Origin: Vicugna vicugna | Taxonomy: Eukaryota | Assembly (NCBI GenBank): GCA_013265495.1 | Contig: MU058213.1 | Location: 3,410,001 to 3,474,000, forward strand | Length of the DNA stretch: 64,000 bases | Direction: 5' to 3' | Part shown: in pieces, positions 39,965 through 52,989 of the stretch | Layout of the letters: every line of letters begins with the position of its first letter | Position numbering within the stretch: the first letter of the stretch is position 1 | Notes under the pieces: model-generated | The model's database searches: none | Told to the model about the DNA's origin: nothing | What the model saw: the letters and a program-made list of their open reading frames with translations, nothing else | Position numbers and translations under genes: made by a program

Positions 39965-42701
39965 ACACACACTACATCTTCTTTACCCAGTCATCTGTTA
40001 TAGTTGCTTCTTGACAAGTAGACTTGTTGTTATGTGGCTTCATTAAGGAGAGGAAGTCTAAAACATTGTTTAAATAACCAGCTCCACAGACACCCAGGTT
40101 CTTCAGAACCCAGAATTCCTGGGGCTGCTGGGAAGTAGTCACCCCCATGCCACCCCCCTCCCCAACTGAGGATGCCCTATTTGGCTACAGCTGAACACAG
40201 CCTATTGTGAAAACTCAGACCAAGACTTGAGCTGGATGAGCCAGACGACGGCGTGTAGAATAAAGTACCTCTAACTTGAAAATGGCAGGATTGAAGGTCA
40301 GGTTACCTAGTTACTGGAGTATGTGAGAACTTTGCCTCAGACAAGCCTGGAGTAGACCCAAACCAAATCAGATTATAAACAAGAAGAGCAATCCCGGTCT
40401 GTTCTCCTGATGACCCGGCTCCGCTGCAGGAGCAAGGGGAGCAGAGGCCCTGCGGAAGAGTGGACAGAGCAGCAGTCAAGCCCCCTCCCCCATCTCAGTG
40501 GGCAGTGAAGGTTTCACATCAGCCAAGAGCAGCCGGGAAAGGTCTCCCTTGCTTCCTCCTGAGCCCAGCAGTATCTCAACTTAATTACAGTTAGCATTTA
40601 TTCTGATTACATTTTGGAAATATTTTCTGTGGGAAAGCTGCACCGTGACATTAAGACATTGAAAAAATACTAGACACTGGACTGAACTCATCTTCCTCCA
40701 GGACGGTAGCTGCCAGATCAGAGAGACCACATGTCCCTGGACGGCCGGCCAGCCAGCCAGACGCTGCCGAGGCCCTTCCTCCTCCCAGAGCCTGATGTCG
40801 GTCAGACTGCTGCTGTGTCCGTGGGGTGTGGGCCCAGCCCAGTCAGGCCCGAGGGCTGGGTTTATGTAGAAAGGAGCCCCGCATCATCGCATTCAGCCTG
40901 AGGCCAGCTTGGGTCTGTCCCCCTTCCCTTTCCTAGGTGATGCTAAGCTCTCCCCCTGCATAAAGGCTCTTCTTCCCCAGGCTCTCCATGGGCCAAGTCA
41001 AACAGCGAGGGAATAAAAACACAAGCCAGCTTGTGATTAGGCACCAGTTGCAGATACAGAGAAAAGTCCCCTGACCATAGGGAAGGACGCAGCGACCGCG
41101 CAGTGAGGGCAGGAAAGAAAGGCTACAGAAAGCGGGTGGAAATCAAACTGGGTCTAGTTAGTGAGCACTCAGCGCCATCAGATGCTTGGAATAACCATGG
41201 CAACTATTCAAGGAGTGACTGCTGTGTGCCCAGCACTGTGCTTAGCAGTTTGTATGTATCTCATTCTTCACATTGCACGAGTGCAGGTAACACAGCTCTT
41301 TCGTTCACTGCTGTATTGCTGACATCTAGAGCAGTTTCTGGCATATAGTGGGCGCTTAGTTAGTATTTGCCTCATACCTGAGAGGCAGGCATTATTATTT
41401 CTCTTCCACAGTGGAGGGATTTTGGTTGAGAGGGAGAAAGTGACCTGCCACACCCACCGTGACAGAGTCCGGACTCACACCCAAGCGTTGCTGGCCCACA
41501 GCTCTCTCTTAACCATTCCACTGTATCCGAAACACCGGGGCTTCAAAGAGGACAGGGCTCAACACCCACAGTTTGTAGACTGGGATGAATGCTATCACGT
41601 CCCTCTCTCACACTGTGGAAAACTGAATGGAGTCATCCAAAGAGTTCAGCACAGTTCTGATCCCTTCCAGAAACCAGCCCACCTCACTGCAACTTCAGGG
41701 AATCCCCTCCCAGCCCCTGTAGTCCTATAACACGCAGCTGGAACATAATTGCTACTAAATAAATATTACTTAACTATGTTTATTCCTCCATGCTGTTCAT
41801 TGTATTTTTTCTTACGTCTTTGAATTGCTACTTAACATTTTCGCACAGATAGCTGGTTGCCCAATTAGAGTGTCCTCTAGGTCTGTGCTCTCAGCGTTAT
41901 TCTCTCTTGGATCTTCCCCACAGAACCCCGGCCAGGGATAGTACATAACAGGGCTTGACTAAGTCTCACGTGAGTGGAAAAGCTTGTTCTAAACCCTCCG
42001 TGGGCAGGGTTCCTGTAAACACTCAAGATCTCCTCCTCTTCTTTCCATTTGCATGACACATACTTGAGGCTGAGCAGGATGGGAACGTGAGGAAAATCCT
42101 GGTTCCTGCTCTCAGAGGGTGTACTCGCAATAGGTCACACAGATATGGTTCCAATTAACCAGAACTCAAAATAGAAAGAGCTCCATCAGAGAAGCACAGA
42201 TAAAGCTGGTCCAGCACACGAGAGGAGGACAGGATTGTTTCCAGCTGCCGCGATCAGGGAAGGTGGCTTCCGGGATGTTCACCGTCTGATACCACTCACC
42301 CCCATCAAAGAGTGGCGACCTTGGAAGACTTCAAAGGACACTGCCACTAAGTAGATAACTAAGCACCTGGGGAGCCTCGGCTTGTCTGTGATCTGTGGAG
42401 CACTGTTGCATTTTATGCTGCAAGGTGGAATCCTGATTGAAAGACATGCATTGACCAGGGAGAGGTCAGAGAGAAGAGGGTGAAGAGACAGCCCCCAATT
42501 TTGGTAATCAAGTCAGAGGTAATTTTGGAAAGAGAAGTTTTAGAAGAGTAGTGAGAGAAGCAGCGAGGTGGCAAGGATTCAAGCCGGGGATGTAGAATGA
42601 GGAAATGGAGACATTCACTCATTCATTCAGCAAATATTTGAGTGCCAGCTACATGCCAGGCAGTACGCTGGACACTGGGGATTCAGAAATATGCAAAACA
42701 G

Positions 42702-42842
42702 GGAGGGAGGGTATAGCTAAGTGGTAGAGTGCCTGCCTAGCATGCTCGAGGTTCTGGATTCAACCCCCAGTGACTCCATTAAAATAAATAAATAAACCTA
42801 ATTGCCTCCCCAACAAAAATAAAATAAAAAAAAAGGCTACTC
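42702..42842 (+). mobile_element. tRNA-derived SINE (Vic-1-like)
   Basis: ggagggtatagctaagtggtagagtgcctgcctagcatgctcgaggttctggattcaacccccag...aataaacctaattgcctcccc plus A tail; imperfect TSD agaaa..tgcaaaacag. Confidence 0.9.
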
Positions 42843-45372
42843 AGAAACTTGCAAAACAGAAGTAGCACCCTATGAGTCCTTTTTCAAGAAGACTGGAGAA
42901 AGGTTCTATATCAATTATACCTTTATAATTAAAAAAAAAAAGGAAGATTGGTACTACCATGAGGACAACTAGGAAGAGTTATTAAGATGAAGGAGATCAG
43001 CATAAGGTCTTAGGGGAGGGGTGATAGTTGGAGATGGAGAGTTTGGAGATGCCAGGAGGAAGGCAATACCTAAGAAGGCAAAATCCCAGAGGAGGTATAT
43101 ACAGAATGCTTAAGTCATGCCGGCACTGTGCTAAGCACGTCTTGTAAATGATCTCAGTGGATCCTTACAATAACCCTATAAAGCAGCTGTCATTGCCAAT
43201 GGGGACACTGAGGTGCAAGGTCACATATCAAGTAGGTAGAAACAGGGTTGTCAAGCCAGGTTCAACTGCAAAAGCCAGGCTCTCGAGAATTTCGCTGCTT
43301 TGAGGGAATGTGGCCAAGATGACATTCAATTGAGTTTAAAACTCACTTCAGCCGGTCTATACTGCAATGCCTTACAGTCCTCTGGGCCAGTGTTTACTTG
43401 ACCCTTTTGCAGCATGGGGCAGGGGGACCATCTGCCTCCATCTTCAGGCTGCCCTGGGTCCTGCAATTGTGTTCTGCTGCAGGTTCAACCCGGCTACCCA
43501 GGCTGACTGCAACCTCCTTGCCTCAGGCCCCACCCTGAATTATCCTTGGGCGTTACTGATGCTCCCCTTGGCAAAATCCTCAGCACGCATTTCCCCAGCC
43601 TGGTCCTCCGTGTTCGAGTGGTCATTCTCATCCCACCCACCCCAGTTCAGACTCTAACTCAAAACAGTGCTTAGCACATAATAAGTACTCTAGAAATGAG
43701 TTTGCCAACATTCTGCATTTCTAAAGCAATCAACTTACACAGAGTATCAAAACAGCACAGGGTTGGTCAAACCAACCCAGATTTCAGCTACCCTTTTGGT
43801 ACCTAGAGGCAGGAACAAGTCACCCACTCTGTCTGAACCTATTTCCTCATCTAAGAAGTGAGATGGCAAAACCTTCCTCATAACCATAGTGAGGACTGAA
43901 CGAGAGAATTCGTACCATGTGTTAAATGTCTCCTTCACACTGTGTTTCCAATAAATGTTGGTTTCTTCTCCCCTCATATGCATTTTAACAGAGCACCACC
44001 CCTCACAAGAGCCTGTAGAATTGGTCCTTTAATCCTTATTTGACACTGTGGGAAAGTTTCAGAGAAGGAAATAGGACCTAAATCATCTTCTATGTCATCA
44101 GAAATCCGACTAGGTTTTGCCTCCCCAAAACAGAAAAATCTCTGCTTTTTGTATGCTGTCACAAAAGGCATTTGTACACCAGAATTATGACATTAAAGCA
44201 AGCAAGAGAAAGGAACCACCTTTCACAAGGACCCAGCATGGTACTGATGACATTTTTAAAAGCCTCTGCAGAATCCTCTGGTAGAGGTCATTTGTTGGCA
44301 GTGTCATGAGATGCTGATCTTAGAGGAGGACTTTTGTGAGACCAGGAGAAAGCCAAAACCTCAACAGGGACGTCCTCTCTCCGTAAGCAACAACAGATGA
44401 AACCATGATAATGCTCTCACCCACACGCCACCTGCTCCACTCTGCAGATGGTGCGGGGGCAAGAGTAGGAGGGAATGTTCTGGGATGGAGCAACCCCTGC
44501 CTTCCCAACCCAGTGGAAAAACAAACCCCCGCTGAAGTCTGCACGACACTGGACACTGCAGAGCCATCATTCTGACGTCCCCCTGCTCCCACCCCACCTC
44601 TCAAACTTTTAACGTAAATTTCAAAGACACACACAAAGCACTTGCCTGGTTATTAATGAATTATTGACTTCACAAGATCAACACCCCATCCATGAGACTT
44701 GACAGTGTGATGTGATTTCTCTAGCAATCTAAAATATTCTGTTTAGCTCTAAAAGAATAGAAGAGAGAGAAACCTGTTCTGCCTGTACCACTTCCTTTGC
44801 CATAAATGAAGAATCATCATGTCTTTTCTGAATGAAAGAAGAAAAAATCTCTCATAGAGTCTGAAAGTAATTATTTCCCCTTCGAAATGGATGCATCCTC
44901 AATGTTTGGCTGAGGCTGGTACCAGAGAAGAAAGTTTTGACGACATAACACTAGAAAGATCAAAACCAGTCCCCACAATAATTTGATTTGGCCCATTAAT
45001 TTTCCAGTGCGCCAACCAAATACATTTAGTGCTTATACGTGTGAAGAAGATGGGGTGAGCTTGAAGCAAAGACCAGATAATATGTTTCTATCTTTTATTT
45101 CCTAAAGCTTAAAATTATGTACTTCTTTTTTAATAAAAATTTTTAATTAGAAATAGTCATGAATAGCTCTGTACAATTTCCATCTATCATCCCTTAATCA
45201 TTAGAGCATTTTAAAAAATGTACTTCTTCAGAGGCAAGGGGTCAGGATAATCCATTTGAACATTAACTATTTCAGACAAGTAATCTACCTTTCTCTTTGT
45301 TTCCCCCTCCGTCCTTCTTTTTCCTTCCTTCCTCTCTCCCTCATCTGTTTAACTTTCTCTTTAAACAGTTAA

Positions 45373-45505
45373 TTTTTAGTTTTTTGGGGGGATAGGTGAT
45401 TGGGTATTTATTTATTCATTTATTTTTTTAATGGCGGTACTGGGGATTGAACCCATGACCTCCTGCATGGTAAGCACCCGCTCTACCTCTGAGTTATACC
45501 CTCCC
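45373..45505 (-). mobile_element. tRNA-derived SINE (Vic-1-like)
   Basis: ggtactggggattgaacccatgacctcctgcatggtaagcacccgctctacctctgagttataccctccc. Confidence 0.88.
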
Positions 45506-46147
45506 TGCTTCTTCTGTTCAACTCTTGAGAAAAGTAAAAGAGTAGAATAGACTTAGGGAATTTTCATCTTCAATTCACTTTCCATATCCACGATGGGCCT
45601 TGGGTAAAATTAAGACCTTGGCCCTATTGGCCTTAAGTTCTTTTCTGGTCCTGCTCAGCCTCTACCATGCTGATCCTGCTCCCAGTAACCCAAGAAAAGA
45701 ACATTTTTCTGGCCTCTCCAGCTCAGTCCCCGCCAGAGATCTGAGGCTGCACAATTGTATCTGTGATCTCCTACGTGGCCAGCGTCGGTGGCCATTTGTG
45801 TCCCCTGAACAGCACGCAGATGGCGGGGAGAGCGGGCGGGGGTGCAATTCGACAGCACATGCTCCCCGGGATCTGCAGCTTTGCTTCTGAGCAAACGGAA
45901 AGCCCGCGGTGGGAAGCCGGCCCTGCCAGAGTTCTCCCTTCACCCGTTTCATAAATTCTGAGGGCTGTGCAAAGGAAGATGGTTTTGGTACCTTTTTGGA
46001 AGCAAAGCAAGAGGGTGGAAAACCTATTCACCGAGGAAACATCAGCACCATGATTTAAAAAGGCAGTTTGGAGGCAGCGGCTCCTGAGCCGAGCTGAGGG
46101 GAGATGGACAAATGGTGAGCCAGGTCTCTGCGGGAAACACGAATGAG

Positions 46148-46166
46148 TGCTGCCCCCTCCTGGCCA
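46148..46166 (-). promoter_or_regulatory. CTCF motif
   Basis: Minus strand TGGCCAGGAGGGGGCAGCA closely matches the CTCF core consensus CCASYAGRKGGCRS; lies in a CpG-retaining patch. Confidence 0.6.
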
Positions 46167-49100
46167 AGGCGGGGAAGACGCGGCAGCCATTTTGTTGGGG
46201 GCGCGGGGAAGTCCGGAGCTGGAAGTGGGGCTTGTTCGAGTCCAACCTGCTCTCGTTTTAGGCGAGAGGAAACCGAGGTCTGGAAAAGTGCCATAAAATC
46301 AGTGGCAGAGCTGAGGCTGCGACACTCAGTGAACCACATCTGTTGACTCCTTACCGAAGGCACAGCCCTGTGCAAAGCTCAGTACAGCCGGCCAACGACG
46401 CTATGAGCAAGGTACTGTTTGCTCCCATTTTCCAGGTGAGGAAAGTGAGGGCAAGGGAGGCTCAGGAGACGGCAGAGTCAGTGACCCAGCTCCCCACTAC
46501 CTTTCTGACTCTCCCCAGCTGCCTGTCAGACACGTGGGCATCGTATGGGACAGAGATGAAGTCTGGGTTCCAGTGTGTCTGGAAAAAATGCTGCTGCTGA
46601 ACTACCCGCACGGCCCTGCTCACGGATCCTGAGCCCGGATGGAAACAGGGCGGGGTGCGTGTGTGGGTGGGAGGGGACGCTGCGAGCCGGGACTGGAATC
46701 TCCAGGAAGCCAGTGGTTCCCCAGACTCAGCAACACTGCTCAGACACCCTGTTCTCTCGGTGAGCTTTTTCATAAATGTCAGGCCAGTTTTATTTGGAAA
46801 ATATGGTTCCTGTGTGGAACAGAGTAGAAACTCACCAGACACTTGCTCAATGAATTTTTCCAAAAGGGAATTTGGAGCTCATCTGCCTCCTCAGCGCTGT
46901 AAGCCTCCTTTCCTCTCAGCACTCACCACCCCCACCCGCAAACACGCACAGACTCCTCTCCAGTTTCTTACTCAGCTCGAGAGTCTCCAGGAAGACTCTT
47001 TTCCGTAAGTGCTTATCATTAAAATTATTCCTGTCGTTTAGTTTGTCACCAAACAGTTGCACTTGTGGTCCTGCTGACCTCTTTCCTGGGCACCACAGTA
47101 CCTGTTCCATCACATTTCCCCCACCCCCATCCCCCACTTCAGGTTAAACACCCCGGGTTCCCCTCATGGTTTCCTCACAAGGCCTCCCTTCTCTGGCACA
47201 TCGCGGCCCTAGAACTACGCCCGCCTCTGGGCAGAGTGGCTGCTAAGAAGCAAGACTTATTCTTACTTAGGCCCAGGAAGAGCCAGGCCCAGCACTGCCG
47301 ACCTCTGGACCGACGTGAAGCCAGCTCTCTGTCGCTTGCAACTGAACACTTTCCTAATGGGTAAAGATACTTGCTTTGTACCTGGCTCCGTGCTGGCTAC
47401 GTTACCAATGCACCTCTCATCACTGGGAAAGTTCCATAACTGTCTCCACCTCAGTGTTCTCATCTGTAAAATGAGGGATCTGGACCCGATTATCTCTGTG
47501 GTCCTTTCCTATCTGATGTCAGCTCTGTGGGCCTCGCCATCACTCGTCCTAAGCGCCTACGCTGGACTCAGAAACACACGGGTTTCTTCAATGGCTTACA
47601 GTCACCACTGTATTTAATTTGCATTTTAATATTTTCCTTCCTGGACGTAGTTTTCCTACTTGCACTTCTGGTGGCAGGAGTGGGGGGTGGGAGAGAGAGA
47701 GAAGGGTTTTGCTGAATCTTTCCTGCTGAGTTGGAGAGTCCTTCATGTTCCAAATCCTTTCTCTCCTCCTCTCCTTTGTCATTCAATCCTCGGGGCCAGT
47801 GCAGGAGCAAGCACCCCCAGGCACAGGCTCCATCCCTGGGTGCTGAGAGCTCTGGGAGGTGTGTGGTGTGCGCTGCCTGTCCACTGGCCACCAGCCCCAG
47901 GGGGAGGGAGCACACTGAGCGTTTGAGGAGCCCAGTACAGCGTTGGCTACTAAGTAATGCCAAACTCCTCTAGGCCTCTGTGTGTTCATCTGTGCGGGGC
48001 GAGGAGGGGGTAGGTGGTAATGATACCTGCCCCGCCCTGGGGGATGCTCTGAGGAGTTAATGAGAATTTTTGAACACTGAAGAGGCTGCATATATCAGGA
48101 TCAATTTTAAGATTATGACAGCTACTCTTTCCATATGATGGTAATTTTTATGACCAGGCTGATTGCCATTATTTGTCCTCATTCAGAACTATTAGATGTG
48201 GCACATCATCTTTACCTAAATATCTCCATGTGGGTAGAACATCCACTTATTCATACAATGACTACATTTATCAGACTGAGGAGCGCAGAGTTCAGAGCAT
48301 CTGTTTACTCTGGCACAAGAAGCCTTGCTCTGTTCCTTCAGGACCCAGTCGTGTTCTTAAAGGTGAAAAGCACCCCTTTAAAGTAAGTGGCAGTTGCCTG
48401 GCTATGGCGATTAAAGGCACCACTATTTCTGACTTTTACTTCTCACTCTCTGAAAACCAAGGGAAACTCTAATTCTAGGCCAGCTTCAGGGCCTGTGGCT
48501 GCCACTGGGTTTTTGAGATCCCCTGTGGGTGACGGAGGCAGGAACTACTCTAGTGGCTGCCACCGCATGGGAATAATCATCAAAAGAGAGCAGAGACAAA
48601 AATATTTTAATTGCCTTGTAACCTCTCCTTGGCTGTGAAACAAGGTGGCCTTTACAGCTGCCCCCCAGAGAGACTAAACACTGGGCCAGGACTGTTTTGA
48701 ATGGAAAGCTATAAAGTCCAAGCATTTAAGAGGAGGGTTACTCTGTAATCACCACTGCTATTTATAGAGCTTGCCCCATTCCACAGGCTTCTGGCCACAC
48801 AGAAGACACGTCCCAGTGACTGCCATCACCAGCTGATCTGGCTGAGGTTGGGGGCGATGTCCCAGAGGGACCTGCAGGTGGAGGAAGCCCGAGCCCTGTG
48901 AGGTTAGTCACTCACACAAGCGTCCCCAGGAAGGGGACCGGGGCTGGAACCTAGGCTGGAGACTTGTGCTGCACCAAGCTGAGCAGGGAGGAAGGTGAGC
49001 AGACCGGGAGATCCCCACCACCTTTTCCCTCTCTCATACACGGTTCTTGGAAGCTAGGATCTATTCCCTTGGAAAAGGCTATTTAAAAAAATTTAAAAAT

Positions 49101-49289
49101 TTTTAAAAATTATAAGTTCTTTCCTAATGAAGTTGAACAGCCCCAGAGTTGCCTGGATTTTGCATTTAGGGAGTGCCCAGTGGACAGCTGGTTCCCTGCT
49201 CACTCACCTGCTGGTTGACAGGACTCTCCCGTTCACACAATTTCTTAATCCCTCATTCTTAAACAGGAACAGAAATCCAAGGATCTCCA

Positions 49290-50700
49290 GACAGTTGGTT
49301 CAAATTACAACATGAAGGAAAGAGCCAAACAAGTAGGAGAACTGTTTTCAGAGGAAACAAAGGTAATTCAGGGAACAGAAGAGAACGTTAAAAAAGAAAA
49401 ATCTATAAATAATATCCTTGGAAAAATGTGAGAAGATCTCATGCACTTACAGCAAGAACAGGATACTCTTTTAAAAAGAAAAAAACCCAAACAGACCAGA
49501 AAGAGGTCTTGGAAATTAAAATATGATCACTGAAATAGATATTCAATAGAGATTTTAGAAGTGAAGACAAGGAACTCTCCCAGAAAGTCAATAAAACCAA
49601 CACACACAAGACATAAAAATAAGACAAAAAGATACTAAGATGCAAAAAATAAATAAATAAATAAATAATCCCACAACAACACTAAAAATGAGAGAAAAAG
49701 ATAACCAATCAAAGAGGTCCAAATTCTGCCTTCTGAGTTTCTGAAAGAACAAACCAAGAACACGGAGGAGAAGAAATTATGCAAGGAAGAATATAAGAAA
49801 AATATCTAAACCTGAATGACATTACAATGTAAATGAGTGACATTGTATTTAAAATGGTCCACTGAGTGCCTGGTACAGTCAACTGAAAAAATACACTCAC
49901 ACCTATATATACAGCATGAAAGTTCACAATCTAAAACTGAAGAAAGTTCTAAATGCTTCCAGGGAGAATAAAATAGATTGACAACAAAAAGAATAAGAAT
50001 CAGAATGACAATAGACAGTGGGACAAAGATCTTAAAATTCTGAGGGAAAAGATGGTCAGCTTTTACATACCCAACAAAACTAGCATTTGAATATGAGGGC
50101 AAAGCCGAGGCACTTTCAGACATGTAAGTCTCAATTTATTTCATGCAATCACATTCTTAGGAATTTAAGTTATGCTCTCAAAAAAGGAGGGAGGAAATCG
50201 AAGTAAAAATAAGACCTAGGAAATACTGGCACCAATCTGGGAGAGGGATCAAGGCATCCCAGAGATTTCTTGAATAAGTGTTCCCAGTGTGAGTGCGAAG
50301 CCAGGAATTCCAGAGAAGGGGACTCCAGGGAAAATGAGGACTTACTAGAATATTTAAGTTATAAAGAGCTTGGAAAAAATTAGGAATATGATAATGACAA
50401 TTGCTGGAACAAAAAAAGGAAGCTACTGAGAAATTCCAGGAAAAATAAAAGGCTGCACATAAAGAACTTCAATTTTAATGTATACACTATGTGAATCAGC
50501 AATGAACAGTATTTATCTGGTCATAATAATATAATTTTTGCTTACTTGTTTTCAGCTGTTGGACTTAACCAACTGGCAGTTCAAGGAAGACTAAATTATG
50601 GTTTCAGAACAAAATGTAACCATTAGGAATCTCCAAAATACGAATCTCAAAGGTAGATGAACTGTGTTAGGAGAAAGGAAAGAAAGGAAGCCAGCTGGAG
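49290..50700 (+). mobile_element. Degraded old L1 (ORF1 region)
   Basis: A-rich; gaggtccaa...gagtttctgaaagaacaaac..gaacacggaggagaagaaattat...atcagaatgacaatagac...aaaattctgagggaaaa resembles the L1M ORF1 region. Confidence 0.7.
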
Positions 50701-50795
50701 GGAAAAGCAGGGGTGTGGATGGGAAGCCAAGAAGCGTTGTCTGTAGTAGACGGAAGAGAGCAAGGTATTGTTTTTATCTAAAATTGTAACTATTG

Positions 50796-51115
50796 GTGCC
50801 CGAATCCGGCTGGCTGCTGTAACAAACCACCACAGATTGAGTGGCTTGTACACGGCAGAATTTGCTGCTCACAGCTCTGGAGGCTGGAAGCCTGAGATGA
50901 GGGTGCCAGCCTGGTCTGGTGAGAGCCCTCTTCCAGGTCAGATTTCTCCCTGGTGGTGGGAAGGGCTTTTCATAAGAGCAGATCCCATTCATGGGGTCTC
51001 CACTCTTGTGAACTGATCACCTCCCAAAGGCCCCACTTTCGAATCCATCACCTTTGGTTAGGATTTCAGTGTGTGAATTTGGGGGAGGGGGAACAGAGCA
51101 TTCAGACCACAGCAG
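50796..51115. mobile_element. MLT1A-type MaLR LTR
   Basis: ggctgctgtaacaaaccaccacagattgagtggctt...ctggaggctggaagcctgagatgagggtgccagc...attcagaccacagca. Confidence 0.85.
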
Positions 51116-52329
51116 TGGGTCAACAGAGAAATTGAAAATTGAAATATCACAATATTGGGAGTTCATGATGGCAGGAGGAAGAGTAGATGAACTGTATCAC
51201 CTGCTACAGCAGGGAATAAATTGTAGAACGCATAAATCAAGAAATAGGGGCAGAAACATTGTTTATACATATCATGATGGGAAAAAGTAAAACTGGGGGT
51301 AGAACTGAAGATAAACATTTCCAACTACATTATTTTCTCTATATTTTAAAATAATTTTAAACCTAAAGTTACTTTAAAAAAAAACACAAGTATTTCCCAT
51401 ATCCTTTTAACCTAGCCTCTCTTACATAACCATGACACATTAATTCATTGGAATTCTTTTGTAAGGAAGAGCTGTCCCCCTACCCCATTGCACTTACTCA
51501 ATTATTTTTATCAGTATAGACTCATGGATATTTGATTTGATGAATTATGATTCAATACTATAATTTTTTTGGCTCAATTTGTTCCACTCTCACTGTTGGG
51601 AGCTCCTTCAGGTTGGCTCCTGGGTTCCCCTAACGTCCTTTTATCAGGTTTTGAGAACTTATTTTCTGTAACTGCAGGATGTCCCAGGCTCAGCGTGTAT
51701 TTCCCCTGGATTCAGCTATTTCTCTAAGGAGTCCTGGTTCCTTTGCTTGGAGAAGGATGGATCCACCTATCTTTATATACATCACAAACCAAGATGCATT
51801 AGAATTCCTCCAAATGTAAGCCGACACTGCAGAGACTCTTCTAGCCTTCTCCTTTTGGTAACTTCCTTCTCACCTTGAGAAATGTGGCTTTCAATATCTA
51901 TGATGTATTTACTTACTTGTGTTCATTCCTGGTATATACCTACTGTAGTTTTAGAATTGCTAACCTGTACCACTGCGAGACAAGTTTAGGAACAGGAGTA
52001 CAACATTTGGATGTAGTCGGTCTTTAACCTACAGTATCTAACAACAATAGTATTTGCAAAATAATTCAGATTATTTCTTTTCTTCCTCAATCGCCCCAGT
52101 GGTGTTACCTTTTTTTCCCTTTGGCCAGGTTTGTTTTTCAGTGTTTGTGTGCCACACCGGTTGGTGTTAAGTGTTGATTTTGAGGCGCTACGGGAGACAT
52201 CACTATGTTCTGAGTCAGAGTTCTCACAAAAAGATCTGTTCAGCGAAGTGTGCTGCCTCCTATCCCTACGACCCCAATCTAGTTTTCCCCTTCTTTTAAT
52301 CCCTTTCCCACCTCCACTCAGCAGAGGAC

Positions 52330-52775
52330 TGGATTTCCTAGGGCTGCCATGCAAAGTGTCACGAACTGAGTGGTTTAAAATGACAGAAAGTTCTCTTTTC
52401 AGTTCTGGAGGCTGCAAGTCCAAACCTGAAACGTTGGCAGGACCGAGCTCCCTTTGAATACTTGGTGCTGCCTCCCAGCTTCCGGTGGTTTGCTGTTCCT
52501 TAGCTCACACGTGCATCACCCTTATCATTGCCTTCCCCTTCCGGAGGTGTTTTCTCTGTGTCTCTCTCTTCACAGGGTCATCATCTTATAAGTGCACCAG
52601 TCATACCAGATTAGGGGCACACCCTGCTCCAGCATGACCTCATCTTAACAAATTACATCTGCGGTGACCCTGTTTCCAAATAAGGTCATGTTCTGAGGTA
52701 CGGGGGGCTTAGGACTCCAACATATCTCTTCAGGAGTCAGGGGTGATGGGGGTCCCACAATTCAAATCCTAACAG
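52330..52775. mobile_element. MLT1-type MaLR LTR
   Basis: tttcctagggctgccatgcaaagtgtcac...cagttctggaggctgcaagtccaa...accctgtttccaaataaggtca...cacaattcaa. Confidence 0.8.
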
Positions 52776-52895
52776 TAACCTGTCTCTTCAGTTTCTAGTT
52801 TCTCCTCCTTACATTTTGTACGAAGGAACAAAAATACATGTATAGTTTTCTTATATCCCTTCTTTCTCACGTGTCGGAGAGCATAATAAAGATGC

Positions 52896-52981
52896 TTTTT
52901 TTTCTTTTTAATTGAAGGAGTCAGTTTCAATGTGTTGATTTCTGGTGTACAGCACAATGTCCCAGTCATGCACATACATAC
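52896..52981 (-). mobile_element. Short young L1 3' end with TSD
   Basis: tttttaattgaag..gtcagttt..atgtgttgatttctggtgtacagcac; flanked by direct repeat ataaagatgct. Confidence 0.8.
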
Positions 52982-52989
52982 ATAAAGAT

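Noticed and set aside
39728..40046. IYIYIY ORFs on both strands
   Set aside because: Translations of the (AT)n microsatellite.
40191..40720. Further + strand exon-like blocks (40191-, 40591-)
   Set aside because: Multiple stops in the frames I read and weak donors; too weak to report separately.
42702..42780. tRNA gene-like sequences (also at 27.1, 27.5, 39.4 and 45.4 kb)
   Set aside because: Diverged stems, SINE tails, A-rich ends and TSDs show these are SINE heads, not tRNA genes.
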